DNA of 64,000 bases, from the NCBI RefSeq assembly GCF_024700885.2, contig NZ_CP117016.1; one strand, given 5' to 3'. Positions 32,432-43,075 of this stretch are shown here, piece by piece. Source of the stretch: Escherichia coli (GTDB lineage Bacteria > Pseudomonadota > Gammaproteobacteria > Enterobacterales > Enterobacteriaceae). How positions within the stretch are numbered: position 1 is the stretch's first letter; each line of letters starts with the position of its first letter. The notes under the pieces are model-generated. The model worked only from the letters and a program-made list of their open reading frames with translations. It did not search any database and was not told the DNA's origin. Made by a program: the position numbers and the translations under genes.

Positions 32432-32953
32432 TCAGCCCCCGATATTGATACGGTAGTCAGTCAGTTGATCAACACCGCCGACCCGGAAGATGTTGGCCAG
32501 ATAGTCCAGTTGCAGCAGCTCTTCACCATCCAGTACCTGTCTGATATACGTGCAGGTGAAGCTACTGGAGAACTCGGCGTTCTCGTGCTGTTTGAACGTC
32601 CCCAGAGGGTTCTTCTTGAACATAATCGTCAGGAAGGTGACCAGCGGGATTTCGTCAATCAGCCCCTGCGAGCTGTAGCGCTGGACGCTGGAACGACACT
32701 GCAGTGCCAGCGACCTGTACGGGTTAGCGGCAGACAGCATCGCATCGCGGTAAAAGCTGTTCCATTTGATTTCGCCTTCCAGTTTGTCAAAACCAGCCGG
32801 GAGTTCCACCTTACCCACCATCCCCAGCGCCTTGTGTTCCTGCATAATCATGGAGACATCGGGGAGTTTAACTTCCTCAGCCCGTCCCAGCAGGTTAGTA
32901 CCATCCAGATAGATGTTGGCATTCGTGATGCGGTTTATCTCAATCTTTGACAT
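32432..32953 (-). CDS. major tail tube protein (P2 FII / Mu M-like)
   Basis: 173 aa directly after the sheath. Confidence 0.8.
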   Translation of the reverse strand: MSKIEINRITNANIYLDGTNLLGRAEEVKLPDVSMIMQEHKALGMVGKVELPAGFDKLEGEIKWNSFYRDAMLSAANPYRSLALQCRSSVQRYSSQGLIDEIPLVTFLTIMFKKNPLGTFKQHENAEFSSSFTCTYIRQVLDGEELLQLDYLANIFRVGGVDQLTDYRINIGG

Positions 32954-34380
32954 CAGTTGCCCCCTTTCAGGGTTAACAGGTATTCCGAGGTGATCTCAGT
33001 CTCAAACGTCAGTCGCTCCAGCGGCGGTGGTGGCGTATATTTGTAGCTCAGCAACAGGTGCCCGGCGGCCAGCTCCGTCTCCGGATTGCGGGCCGGATCA
33101 AACCAGCAACGGAAGCCCAGTACCGCACCATCACCAGTCATTTTGCGACCGTAGGCGTTGACCGACTCCGTCAGTGCATCAATCAGCGCCTGAGTAATCG
33201 GCATGTCGATGTACTGCTGGCTGAAATAACGAATGGACTCGTTGATCACATCACCGGTGCGGCGAACGTTCTCAAAGTTACGCATATGGGTGACCGTTGG
33301 CCATGCTGCCGTCCGGTTACCCCACAGACGAAGGCCGCTGCCGTAACTGCTGAATACCGTGGTGATCCCCTGTTCGTTAAGCAGGTTTACCTCACTCTGC
33401 GGGTCATCAATCATCGCGGACAGCTGGCGCTCCACGCCGGTGATCCCCAGAATCTCCTGATTGGAGGATGACCACCAGTAGCCCTTGTCCAGATCGACTC
33501 TGGCACGCAGACCTGCTGCACGCTGGCTGAGCGGCTCCAGACGCTCTGTGTTTGTCACCGGGTCATATACCTTCACATGCGGATAGCACAGACGGACGCG
33601 GTCGGAGCTGGTATTGAAGTTGATGGTGCCTTCCGGGCCACGACCTGCCAGAGCCTGTGCAAAGGTGGTACCGACAGGCGCATCAATGTAGGTTACCGCG
33701 CCCAGCTTCTCTGCCATGGCGATAAGCTCAACTGCGACACTCTTCTGGGTGCAGAACACCGGCGCAATCAGAATTTTGGCGAAATAGCCGTACAGGTTGA
33801 AGCTGTCGTTAAGCAGCTTCATGCCGGTTCGGTTTCCGGCGCTGTTCACCCCGCCGATGATGTCCGCCGCAGTCACCTTCGACGGGTCCGCGTACTCATA
33901 GCTCACCTTCACGCTGCCACCGGCCTCAATAGCCTTGCCCAGGTTCGTGAGCACACCCGCCTGCGCATCAACACGGTAGTCCGTGTTCGCCGTGTGGGTG
34001 GTGCTGCCTTCACTGTTTTTCACCACCACATTAGCGACAACCGGATGCGCCAGTCTGGCCTGCCCTGTCGATTTGTCAAAGGTAACCACCTCATCCTCGA
34101 TCGCCGTTTTATGTTTCGCCGGGTCGAGGACGTTAATGACCAGAACGGTGCCTGCACCATGGTCATAAATCGCATCCAGCGCCTGCGGAATGGTAAAGCC
34201 GGTGAACTGGCTGCCAAATGCCGCTGCGTCTTTCTCAGACAGGCACTGTACCAGCGTATTGACATCCCCCATCGGGGCGGTACCAATCAGGCCAATAACG
34301 GCAGATTTCACCGTTTTAACCGGGCGGGCTCCGTTTTCCACCTCAATGGTTTCGGGACCATGCAGATAGTTAGCTGCCAT
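32953..34380 (-). CDS. contractile tail sheath protein (P2 FI / Mu L-like)
   Basis: 475 aa. Confidence 0.85.
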   Translation of the reverse strand: MAANYLHGPETIEVENGARPVKTVKSAVIGLIGTAPMGDVNTLVQCLSEKDAAAFGSQFTGFTIPQALDAIYDHGAGTVLVINVLDPAKHKTAIEDEVVTFDKSTGQARLAHPVVANVVVKNSEGSTTHTANTDYRVDAQAGVLTNLGKAIEAGGSVKVSYEYADPSKVTAADIIGGVNSAGNRTGMKLLNDSFNLYGYFAKILIAPVFCTQKSVAVELIAMAEKLGAVTYIDAPVGTTFAQALAGRGPEGTINFNTSSDRVRLCYPHVKVYDPVTNTERLEPLSQRAAGLRARVDLDKGYWWSSSNQEILGITGVERQLSAMIDDPQSEVNLLNEQGITTVFSSYGSGLRLWGNRTAAWPTVTHMRNFENVRRTGDVINESIRYFSQQYIDMPITQALIDALTESVNAYGRKMTGDGAVLGFRCWFDPARNPETELAAGHLLLSYKYTPPPPLERLTFETEITSEYLLTLKGGN

Positions 34381-34624
34381 GGGCGTCCTCCGTTTTCACT
34401 TCGCTGTCACTGCTGCTTCTGCGCTTTGGTGACTGCACAGCCGGTGTGACGGCGGGTTTAGTATCTTCTGGTACCGGCGTCAGATGCTTCAGCGCCACCA
34501 GTACCTTCACGTAGTCATGCTCCTCCGGCAGGGAAACCGCCTTCCCCGGCCAGAGCAGGATTTCGGTTCCGTCCGACAGCGTGACGCCGCTGGCCGGGCC
34601 GGAATAGCGGTATGCTTTCATCAC
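34370..34624 (-). CDS. hypothetical small virion protein
   Basis: 84-aa ORF translationally coupled to the sheath gene. Confidence 0.4.
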   Translation of the reverse strand: MMKAYRYSGPASGVTLSDGTEILLWPGKAVSLPEEHDYVKVLVALKHLTPVPEDTKPAVTPAVQSPKRRSSSDSEVKTEDAHGS

Positions 34625-35085
34625 TCGCTTTCCTCATAGTTCACTTCGGTTAACAGCGGGCCGGACGGTAAATCGCTGTCTTCGATAAAGATGCTTTCAG
34701 TCGCGAAGTCGAGGGCGTATTGCCACAGCCCCCTGACTTCACCGATAAACACCTCGCGGGTCAGCCAGATACGGCGGCGGCAGCCGGGCGGGGTGTGGCC
34801 ACCGAGAATGCGGCGGACAGCATCCAGGACATTAATCGCCCCTTTTTTACCGTTGAGCTGGCGGAAGACCACCGTGACGCAGAGCTGGATAGTCTGAGAC
34901 TGGATCACCGCACCGGTATCATCCGGCCTGTCAAAGCGCGAACCGGCATAGCTCAGCAGCAACGCGCCAACCGGATGGTTCAGGCGATATTCAGCCGGTT
35001 TCTCCGGGAAGTACTCCACCTGCAGTTGCGGCAGCTTCTCGCGTAACCGGGCCAGTACCGCATCAAGGACGGGCAGAACGTTCAT
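34621..35085 (-). CDS. tail-completion / head-tail joining protein (Mu gp37-like)
   Basis: 154 aa; conserved position. Confidence 0.45.
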   Translation of the reverse strand: MNVLPVLDAVLARLREKLPQLQVEYFPEKPAEYRLNHPVGALLLSYAGSRFDRPDDTGAVIQSQTIQLCVTVVFRQLNGKKGAINVLDAVRRILGGHTPPGCRRRIWLTREVFIGEVRGLWQYALDFATESIFIEDSDLPSGPLLTEVNYEESE

Positions 35086-35531
35086 CAGTATTTCTCCAGT
35101 AAACCGTCACGACCGCCGAAAGTGGCCGGGCGACTGCGTACACGAAACTCGCCAGGCTCAGGCACATCTTTCTGAGTGGACGGCAGCCCCAGCGTGAGCC
35201 TGTTATCACGTAACTCCCTGAGTTGCCGCAGCGCTTCTTTGTGGTCATCCTTCACCGTATCCGGGAGGTCACCTTCCGGGCGGCGGGCGTAGAGCCGGTA
35301 ACGGACCAGCGTGATGGCAATGTCCCGCAGAACAGTCGGTATCTCTGCCAGTGGCAGGATATAGCGTCCGCGCAGATGGGCATCAATCAGCTCGTCGGCA
35401 TAGCGGATACAGCTGTCCACCACACGGGTATTCACTGTTGCAGGCGAGTCGAAGTCCATCTCTTCACTGGTGAGCTCGATAAGCGTCCGCTCCGGCACCT
35501 GCGCAAGCAAATCCTCCAGGGTGCAGTACAT
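35085..35531 (-). CDS. head-tail connector-like protein (Mu gp36-like)
   Basis: Start set at internal Met MYCTLEDL so that it abuts the upstream ORF's stop. Confidence 0.45.
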   Translation of the reverse strand: MYCTLEDLLAQVPERTLIELTSEEMDFDSPATVNTRVVDSCIRYADELIDAHLRGRYILPLAEIPTVLRDIAITLVRYRLYARRPEGDLPDTVKDDHKEALRQLRELRDNRLTLGLPSTQKDVPEPGEFRVRSRPATFGGRDGLLEKY

Positions 35532-35532
35532 G

Positions 35533-35871
35533 TCACACCCCGCGCAGGATACGAATGACGTCGCCTTCACCCCCGGCTTCATCAAGTGCAATACCACAGG
35601 ATTTACCGTCGCCGGACTGCGGCACGGCTCTGGCCTGAGCATCTGACTGAACAGCCACACCACGGCTGACAGCGGCCCCGGCCTCGACAGCAATAATGCC
35701 CAGAACGCTCACCGGCGTGCTGTCGCCGGTAACAGCATCCACTTCGGCAACCCCGAGCGCTGCGGCACCGGCTTTACAGGGGGTATTATCTGCCCCGACA
35801 AAACGCTGCTGTGCCAGTGCTGCCCCTGCCGTTACGGTTGTGATCAGAATGACCTGCTGAGTGGTTCCCAT
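35533..35871 (-). CDS. hypothetical head-associated protein
   Basis: 112 aa Ala/Gly/Val-rich; directly downstream of the major capsid gene. Confidence 0.4.
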   Translation of the reverse strand: MGTTQQVILITTVTAGAALAQQRFVGADNTPCKAGAAALGVAEVDAVTGDSTPVSVLGIIAVEAGAAVSRGVAVQSDAQARAVPQSGDGKSCGIALDEAGGEGDVIRILRGV

Positions 35872-35880
35872 AACGCCTCC

Positions 35881-36834
35881 TTATTTACTGATACCGGTAA
35901 TGAGATACCCGGCATCGCCACCAACCACGGCGACTTTGTAGATATCGGTATAACGGCAGTACTTCACCTTGCCACCGGCTCCGTCGTATTTGTCGGCAAC
36001 AGGCATCCCCTTACGACGCAGGGTGTAGCCGAAGGACGGCTCGTTCTCGTCCGCGCTGTCCGCCCCCGGCTGCGGTTTGCCGACATAGTGCAGCATCAGA
36101 TTGTCTCCCCAGATATCCGCCGGCACGCTGTTCTTATCCATTGCCGCTTTCATGGACGGCAGGGAGACTGGGGCACCGATGACGATCTCTTCGATCTGAA
36201 AGAGGTCCTGCAGGATTTCTGTGGTGATGCGCTTGCGTTCGTTGGCTCCGATGGCGGCCTGAATCGCCGGGTGGAACTTCAGCAGCGCCATCACGCCGGC
36301 CCCCATGGTCATCAGGTTAGGACGCAGCCCCGTGGCCGTACGGACCGCTTCCATACCGGCTTCAATCACCCCGATGGGGTCCCCCTTACCACCGACCCAG
36401 CGATCACTGGCTGTCAGTTTTTTGACGTGCCCGGTACGGTAGACCTTTTCATCCTGAGCCAGACGGGCAGCGATAAGTTCACGGCGCAGGTTCACGCCAT
36501 TCGTGGCGCGACGGATGGCCTTGCTCTCTTCGTTAAACATGGACTCCGCCTGCTCGCGATAGTCCACCGGCGCAGCCAGATCGTGTTCACCCAGCACCAG
36601 GTCCAGCGTGCCTGTTTTTTCACGAACCAGAACATTGCTGTCCGCCCCGACGGCACGCTCGGTGTCATATTCCACAAAGGCGGTTTTCCCGAAGGTCGGT
36701 ACACGCACGCCTTCCTTGTCCGTCAGCACGACGGGGAAAATACGTTCGCCGATGAATGCGGCATTTTTATAGCCACGGGCGATACTGGTCAGTACCGGAT
36801 CAACGACACGTTTACCTTTTAAGTAATCAGACAT
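35881..36834 (-). CDS. major capsid protein (Mu T-like)
   Basis: 317 aa; resembles Mu-like major head subunit. Confidence 0.8.
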   Translation of the reverse strand: MSDYLKGKRVVDPVLTSIARGYKNAAFIGERIFPVVLTDKEGVRVPTFGKTAFVEYDTERAVGADSNVLVREKTGTLDLVLGEHDLAAPVDYREQAESMFNEESKAIRRATNGVNLRRELIAARLAQDEKVYRTGHVKKLTASDRWVGGKGDPIGVIEAGMEAVRTATGLRPNLMTMGAGVMALLKFHPAIQAAIGANERKRITTEILQDLFQIEEIVIGAPVSLPSMKAAMDKNSVPADIWGDNLMLHYVGKPQPGADSADENEPSFGYTLRRKGMPVADKYDGAGGKVKYCRYTDIYKVAVVGGDAGYLITGISK

Positions 36835-36848
36835 GCTCTCTCCTTAAA

Positions 36849-37964
36849 TTACAGGCAGCGTGCGACAGCAGCCTCATAGCTGATGCCTTCTTTTTTGGAC
36901 AGGGCCACTGCTTTCTGATGCAGGGCCAGACGCTCAGGATCGGCTTCCGCAAACTCTGCCACATCCACCTTCACCGTGTCGCCGACACGCTCTTTTGTGG
37001 CCTGTTCGGCGAAATTCATCACCGGCTCCCCGTCGGAGAGCAATGAACGAAAGGCGGTGGCCAGCGGTGTGCGGCTTTCCCCCTCAGCAAACTCCACCGG
37101 CTTGTCGCCACCGGCGACGGCATCCAGCAGGGCAACCACCACGGAGGAGGCGCGGGGAGCCAGACGGCCCTCTGCGACCAGTTTTTCTGCAAAGGCCACA
37201 TTGTCCTTATGCAGTTGCTCCTGTCTGACCTGTGCATCACGCGCATCGCGATCAGCAGCCTGCTGCTTCAGGCGGCGGTTCTCCTCCTGAAGGGCTTCAA
37301 TCTCTTCTTTTGTCATCGATGATTCCTCGTTACTTGCGGAAGACGGCACCTGGCCTGTCTCACTGAATTGCGCACCTGCTGCATCCTGCGACGGTGTGTC
37401 GCGGTACGCCTCTTCGCGCAGATTGTTGAGCTGCCATTCCGGCAGGACTTTTTCTGCTTCGTCCAGACTGAAGCGGGCGATCAGAAAATCGCGCAGCTTT
37501 CCCCACAGGGAGGCATTCGTGATGGCCTGCCAGTCGGCGAACTCCACCACACCTTCTTCCTGCTCACTGAAGGACACCTGTTTCAGCCCCTTGACGGAAG
37601 GTGGCTGTGCCCCGAGAAAGCCCACATGGCGCAGGTAGAGCACGCCGGGCTTCGGATTGGACGGTGAATCCGGGAGGTAGAAAGAGGCGGACACTTTTTT
37701 GAATCGTCCGTCGGTGACCATCTCAGCAAACTGCGGGTCCAGCTGGGCAGGCTCTGCCATCAGATCGACGCCGCTGAGCGACAGGGCTTTCACCCAGCCC
37801 CACGCCGGGTCTTCCGTTCTGGGATGACCAATCACGAGTGGTGCTTCATGGACGGACGGGTCATAGGCTTTCACGCAGGCGGCAAGATCGTCTGGCGTGA
37901 ACGGCAGTTTTTTGCCGTGCATATCGGTATGAGTACCGGCTTTAAAAATGTGAATGGCTGACAT
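36849..37964 (-). CDS. head maturation protease / scaffold (Mu I/Z-like)
   Basis: 371 aa; N-terminal protease-like region and charged coiled-coil C-terminal scaffold-like region. Confidence 0.7.
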   Translation of the reverse strand: MSAIHIFKAGTHTDMHGKKLPFTPDDLAACVKAYDPSVHEAPLVIGHPRTEDPAWGWVKALSLSGVDLMAEPAQLDPQFAEMVTDGRFKKVSASFYLPDSPSNPKPGVLYLRHVGFLGAQPPSVKGLKQVSFSEQEEGVVEFADWQAITNASLWGKLRDFLIARFSLDEAEKVLPEWQLNNLREEAYRDTPSQDAAGAQFSETGQVPSSASNEESSMTKEEIEALQEENRRLKQQAADRDARDAQVRQEQLHKDNVAFAEKLVAEGRLAPRASSVVVALLDAVAGGDKPVEFAEGESRTPLATAFRSLLSDGEPVMNFAEQATKERVGDTVKVDVAEFAEADPERLALHQKAVALSKKEGISYEAAVARCL

Positions 37965-38178
37965 TTTGCTGTCCCGCGTTATGTTGTCGGAGACAGTTTG
38001 TGAGAAATGCAGGCCCGGCGATTTTAATCTGCTTTAGAAAACATCAGGGGAGAAGGACAGGGAAAGCAATACGGTGAACCGGAGGCGGTTATAAAACAGA
38101 GGCTGTAAAGCCTTTATAAAGGTAATACAGCCCCTCATTCGCTGGCAATGATAAATCACCCGCCTGAAGAGAGAAAAC

Positions 38179-38637
38179 TCAGCGACGGGCCGCTGATTCA
38201 AGATGGCGGACAATGGTATCGAGGATGGGGATTACCACTTCAGGCTGTAGTTCTCCATCCCCCGTCACCGGCAGGAACGGGCGGGCCGGAAGTTCAACAG
38301 ACTCATTACGCCCCGTTTTACCCCCGAACTGGTGAATGGCACCGTAAACAACGTTGGTCCCCACAACAGCCTGCCGGTCGTCATGGTCGGTTGATACTGA
38401 CCCCATCAGACGCCCGGTATCCTGCAGTGTCTGCCCGTCACGCTCTTCCGCTGCCAGCGAGGGCATCCACCCCGGACGCCCCTCATCAAGAAAGTTAAAC
38501 TGTGTTTCCGCCAGCAGGGTTCCGGCAATTTTGCGCATCGCGGGCTCCAGGTCTGTGGCAGCAAGATCCAGCGCACGGAGGCTCCGGCGCAGGGATTTAT
38601 CGTTAATGGTGATACTGACCAGGTTATCGGAAGCCAT
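38179..38637 (-). CDS. virion morphogenesis protein (Mu G-like)
   Basis: 152 aa. Confidence 0.6.
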   Translation of the reverse strand: MASDNLVSITINDKSLRRSLRALDLAATDLEPAMRKIAGTLLAETQFNFLDEGRPGWMPSLAAEERDGQTLQDTGRLMGSVSTDHDDRQAVVGTNVVYGAIHQFGGKTGRNESVELPARPFLPVTGDGELQPEVVIPILDTIVRHLESAARR

Positions 38638-38639
38638 TG

Positions 38640-39461
38640 TTATCCTCTCAGTTCCTGTTGTGCCAGTGGCTGAAGCGTACCCTGATAGCGGGCCAGGTCG
38701 GGACGGTATGCTGCCCCCGGTGCATAAGACCAGCCGACGTCGGTGATCACCTTCGTGGTGCCGGTATTAAAGGTGGCCACGTTCCGCATTTCGCCGGTTT
38801 TCTCTGAGACCAGTTTCAGTTCCTGGCCCATGGCAGAGCCGGAGCTGATAACCTTCAGGCCACGGGCACGTACATCCGCCGCACTCAGGGCAATCACACT
38901 ACAGCGGCAGCGCCAGCCGTTCGGCGGGTAAAATGCCTGCCAGAACGGGTCATCCCAGCGCAGCACCAGACCATGCAGCGCCAGATGGCTCCTGCGGGTA
39001 TGGCTGTCGTTGATGCCGGTATACATCCAGTACGGCCTGTCGTCGACGTTTTCCATCTGTTCCGCCCAACGACCGGCGCTGTAGAGTACGGACATATTGG
39101 TGCGAAAGATGGTATCGAGCCGCCACGGACTGCCCTGCTGAATGGTGACTGGCTCACCCGTTACCGGGTCAGTCGTGTCACGTGGTCCCCACCATCCCTT
39201 ACGCTTCAGCACCGGCTCCAGCTCCTGCCGGAACCAGCGATCGGTTTTTCCTTCATCGACAGCCTGCTGCAGTGCCCCGCGAATATCTTCCAGGATATCC
39301 AGGCGGGTCACTTTAGCAACGGTAAAGGCGCGGGCATGGGCCTCCTGCCACATTTCTTCCCAGTCCCAGGTAATCTGATACCCTTTGGACTTCAGGTAGT
39401 TGATTGCCCGCTTCGGGGGAAGCGTCATGCAGTACGCCAGTTCAGCCGTTGTCACGCTCAT
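38640..39461 (-). CDS. minor head protein (Mu F-like)
   Basis: 273 aa. Confidence 0.7.
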   Translation of the reverse strand: MSVTTAELAYCMTLPPKRAINYLKSKGYQITWDWEEMWQEAHARAFTVAKVTRLDILEDIRGALQQAVDEGKTDRWFRQELEPVLKRKGWWGPRDTTDPVTGEPVTIQQGSPWRLDTIFRTNMSVLYSAGRWAEQMENVDDRPYWMYTGINDSHTRRSHLALHGLVLRWDDPFWQAFYPPNGWRCRCSVIALSAADVRARGLKVISSGSAMGQELKLVSEKTGEMRNVATFNTGTTKVITDVGWSYAPGAAYRPDLARYQGTLQPLAQQELRG

Positions 39462-40938
39462 GCAGACGCCCCCGGATATTTGTCACAAAGAGAATGCGGG
39501 CCAGCCGCTCCTGCAGATCGTCCGTGTTCATCTGAGGGTAGAGCTCCGCCAGTTCGCCCAGCAGCTCAGACGGGTTAACCCCATTTTCGACCCGCCTGAA
39601 CAGAGGTGCCAGGACGGGTTCCAGCGTGCCATTTAACGCGCCTCCGTTCATCAGAATGTCCAGCGCGTCGTCAAGCTGCTGCTGAGCCTGAATATCAGCA
39701 TCAATCGCCTCGGCAAATGACAGCGGCAGCATGTTATTCTGTCGTTCCGACGGTGGTGTCTCGTCAATATCGCCGTCCTGCAGTTGGTACTCACGCTTGA
39801 AGTACTGCGGGGTCAGACGCAGACCCGCCCGGGTGAGTTTTTCGTCGCGGGTGGCACGGGTGTCATCAATGGCCTCCTGTTCCCACATGGCCCAGACCGG
39901 ACACGGCACATCGCCGAAGTTCAGGGTGACCACCGTTCTGATGACCTGATTCACTGCCGCCTGAATGATGTCCGCATCCGCATCGCGGATATCAGCCGTT
40001 ACCTCCAGCCCGGCCTGTGCAGAGGCCTTGTTACTGTTCGCTTCCGTGGTCTGATTCTGACCGAGTAATGCAATGGAGATCTCACTGCGTGACAGTGTGA
40101 TCAGCTCGCGGAATACCTCGCTGCTGTCCGCCTTACCATCCGCGGCTTTGAGTTCGATGCTGCTGTCATCGGGGATGGCGGCCACCGCGTCCTCCACCAT
40201 CTGCTCCATGGAGTCCAGCAGTTTTTCAATCTCTGCATCATTTGCACCCCTCGGGTGCTTACCGATCACCCACGGGGAGCCAAACTTTTCGGCAAAGCGG
40301 AGCCAGAATTTCATCCCGCCTTTCTTGAAGGCGACCGGCCAGAAGCACATGGACAGGTCCGGGAAACCGTAAGGATTGTCATACGAGGCATCCTGTGCCG
40401 GCACCACGAATTTTGACGGTGACAGCAGCTCACCCTCCACACCCGCATCACGCGCCCGGAAGCGCAGGCAGTTGTCCGTATCAAACTGAAACCACTCAGG
40501 CGGTTTGCCGACAATATCCGTCACCGCCCACGACCTGACCGAACGGCCCCACATGATTTCACAGGGCTGATACCCGTAGAGCACGGCATCGCTCATTTCA
40601 CCGATGATGCGGGACAGATCCAGATCGTCGAGCATGTCGCGGATGAAACGGAAGACCCGGGCAGAGGCGTGACCACGCTCCAGTCCACGCTCCAGCGATT
40701 TAAGCGCTGCTTTACGTCTGCGGATACAGCCCCCGACCAGCGGGTCGGTGCGCAGTTCGCGGTAGATACGGATATCCCGTCCCTGAGCCTTGAGAATGGG
40801 ATCAGGATTGGGCAGATACATGCCCAGTCCGTAAAAGTCGATCGCGCGGCTGCGGGAGGCAATCTGCGCGGTCAGTGATTTCTGAGGCTCAGAAAAAGCA
40901 ACAAATTCATCGGGTGAAACCCAGATACCCCTCGCCAT
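39442..40938 (-). CDS. portal protein (Mu gp29-like)
   Basis: 498 aa. Confidence 0.8.
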   Translation of the reverse strand: MARGIWVSPDEFVAFSEPQKSLTAQIASRSRAIDFYGLGMYLPNPDPILKAQGRDIRIYRELRTDPLVGGCIRRRKAALKSLERGLERGHASARVFRFIRDMLDDLDLSRIIGEMSDAVLYGYQPCEIMWGRSVRSWAVTDIVGKPPEWFQFDTDNCLRFRARDAGVEGELLSPSKFVVPAQDASYDNPYGFPDLSMCFWPVAFKKGGMKFWLRFAEKFGSPWVIGKHPRGANDAEIEKLLDSMEQMVEDAVAAIPDDSSIELKAADGKADSSEVFRELITLSRSEISIALLGQNQTTEANSNKASAQAGLEVTADIRDADADIIQAAVNQVIRTVVTLNFGDVPCPVWAMWEQEAIDDTRATRDEKLTRAGLRLTPQYFKREYQLQDGDIDETPPSERQNNMLPLSFAEAIDADIQAQQQLDDALDILMNGGALNGTLEPVLAPLFRRVENGVNPSELLGELAELYPQMNTDDLQERLARILFVTNIRGRLHERDNG

Positions 40939-42533
40939 CAGAATCCCTCCAGCATACGGGCCGCCTGACGACGACGGCGTGAGCTTGCCTTCACCGGCCC
41001 TTTGTTAATTTCACGGCTGGCGAAATACGCCAGCGCCAGTGCGATGGCTGAATCCCCGTGGCGTTTACCACCGTCAGCCTTTGCTTTTGAGCGTTGCTCC
41101 GGTACGCGGGGGACACCGTTCACCACCTGAACGGCCCGCAGGTCATCCAGTGTGTCTTCATCCTTTGGTAAGTCCACCAGGTTGCCGTCTTCCAGTGCAG
41201 CTTTGACCGGAGGCATATGCTCCCGGTACCAGCCTTCGGTTGGCATCACCTGCTGAACCCGGCCGGAGCCGTAGCGCTGCATGGCGTATTCAGCCAGATA
41301 GGCACCATTACCACGGGCATCAAACGCTGCACCCAGCAGACCGGGCAGGCCATCCATCAGATACCAGGTGATTTGCTCCTGCTGTCTGAACGGCACGTTA
41401 CGCAGCTCCAGTACGAATGGCACGCGTCGTACCAGGTTCTTCTCCTGCAGCAGGGGATAGTCCACCGACAAATCACCGCTACGGCCAAAGTCGCGCCCCA
41501 GGAAAGAGCGGGCATCAGTGGGGAGTGCCTCCAGCAATGGTTTCAGATACTCATCAAGCCAGTCCTGCGTCTCGCGGAAGCGAACCTCATCAGACAGCAG
41601 TTCATAACCTTCCTTGCAGGTCAGACGCAATACCGGCGTATCAGCGGACATGCGGGACTCTATCAGGGCACGGGACAGCCAGGCACCGCCACCGTTGGCC
41701 GGAATACAGTCAAGCTCTTCGGATGCGCCGGCACCGTAGAATTTGTACACCGATGCCATCCAGGCCTGCTCGGATGCCTCCGACCATTCCTTCCCGGTGC
41801 GCAGACAGACGCGCCGGAACAGCCCCTCAGATACGGCTTCCCGGAAAGTGATGCGATGTATGCTGCCTCCCTGACGTCCGGCACGGATATCCCCGATAAG
41901 CGTATTGAACGGATTGTCGTCACCGTCATGGGTGGAGATAACGCGTACCTTTCCCCCCCAGATAAGCATCGCCAGCGCCGCTTTCAGCAGTTCGTCCAGT
42001 TGCTCATGGAACGCCGCTTCGTCGATAACAATAATACCCTGACGGCCACGCAGGTTAGACGGGCGGCTGGAGAGCGCAACAATACGAAAGCCGGAGTCAG
42101 GAAATTTGATGGTGTAAGTCCTGATGTGTTTGTCGTCGTCGTCCTCTTCCCAGAATCCTTCTTCAATTTCACTGGCCGCATAGTTGAATGCCCGTGCCCA
42201 CATCGCACACGCCTGAATGTATTCGACGGTCATGTCCTGGTTATAAGCGATGTAATACACATTCATCCCGCCTGCTGGCGCAGAAGAGGCGGCGGTCAGT
42301 ACGTTATCGGATGCCTCAGCCCATGTAATACCGGTACGACGGCTCTTTTCTATCACCTTAAGCGGAGAGGTGTCTGCCACCCAGCGCTGCTGGTAAGGCA
42401 ACAGAACGGGAGGGGCATCCAGCGCCGAGGTATCAGGCAAAACGGGAGCAAGGTTATTCCTCCCGTCCATGGGACTCATCCCTTCGGGGCCGCCGCCAGC
42501 GGCGTTTAAAATCACTCCGGATGATTTTGTCAT
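40938..42533 (-). CDS. terminase large subunit (Mu gp28-like)
   Basis: 531 aa with ATPase and nuclease-type regions. Confidence 0.8.
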   Translation of the reverse strand: MTKSSGVILNAAGGGPEGMSPMDGRNNLAPVLPDTSALDAPPVLLPYQQRWVADTSPLKVIEKSRRTGITWAEASDNVLTAASSAPAGGMNVYYIAYNQDMTVEYIQACAMWARAFNYAASEIEEGFWEEDDDDKHIRTYTIKFPDSGFRIVALSSRPSNLRGRQGIIVIDEAAFHEQLDELLKAALAMLIWGGKVRVISTHDGDDNPFNTLIGDIRAGRQGGSIHRITFREAVSEGLFRRVCLRTGKEWSEASEQAWMASVYKFYGAGASEELDCIPANGGGAWLSRALIESRMSADTPVLRLTCKEGYELLSDEVRFRETQDWLDEYLKPLLEALPTDARSFLGRDFGRSGDLSVDYPLLQEKNLVRRVPFVLELRNVPFRQQEQITWYLMDGLPGLLGAAFDARGNGAYLAEYAMQRYGSGRVQQVMPTEGWYREHMPPVKAALEDGNLVDLPKDEDTLDDLRAVQVVNGVPRVPEQRSKAKADGGKRHGDSAIALALAYFASREINKGPVKASSRRRRQAARMLEGF

Positions 42534-43075
42534 GTGGCAATCCCCAGAATCTCGCGACGAAGCGCCTGTACTGCGTCGCTTGACAGTCCCCCCTTACGGG
42601 CAATTTTCTCGGCGTTGCTGGCTGCCTGCTGCGCTCTGGCCCGTACTTCAGACTGGAACTTTTTGAGGTTGACGGACGCGCGGGACAGCGTAGCCACATT
42701 CTTCGCCACCTTCGACAGCAGGGCCACGCGTTCTTTAGGATCGACTTCGCCTTCTTCCGCCTCCTGCAACTGGACAATACTCTCGAACAGCTCGGTCTGA
42801 ATAAGGGCTATCACAGCCTCCGAACGCGCATCCTGATCGTCTGCTGCGCCTTCGGTCAGCATGCGGGCCGCTTCTGTTGCCGCACGGATAGCACCATAGC
42901 GGCGCTCAATCTTCTGTCCATAGCGATGGATAGCGGATTTGCTGATGACGTACCCCCGCTCACGCAACAGTGACTCCAGCTCGTTATACCCGCTGAAGCC
43001 GGATTCAGTCAGCGCCCGTTCAAGCCAGCGGCGCACGTCTTCCGGCAGCTTTTCTATTGTGCTGCGTCTGGCCAT
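42530..43075 (-). CDS. terminase small subunit (Mu gp27-like)
   Basis: 181 aa; N-terminal HTH-like region; overlaps terminase large start. Confidence 0.6.
   Translation of the reverse strand: MARRSTIEKLPEDVRRWLERALTESGFSGYNELESLLRERGYVISKSAIHRYGQKIERRYGAIRAATEAARMLTEGAADDQDARSEAVIALIQTELFESIVQLQEAEEGEVDPKERVALLSKVAKNVATLSRASVNLKKFQSEVRARAQQAASNAEKIARKGGLSSDAVQALRREILGIAT

Noticed and set aside
33577..34449. Plus-strand 290-aa ORF
   Set aside because: Antisense to the tail sheath gene; Arg/His-rich low-complexity translation.
36088..36822. Plus-strand 244-aa ORF
   Set aside because: Antisense to the major capsid gene.
41217..42509. Plus-strand 430-aa ORF
   Set aside because: Antisense to the terminase large subunit gene; no motifs.
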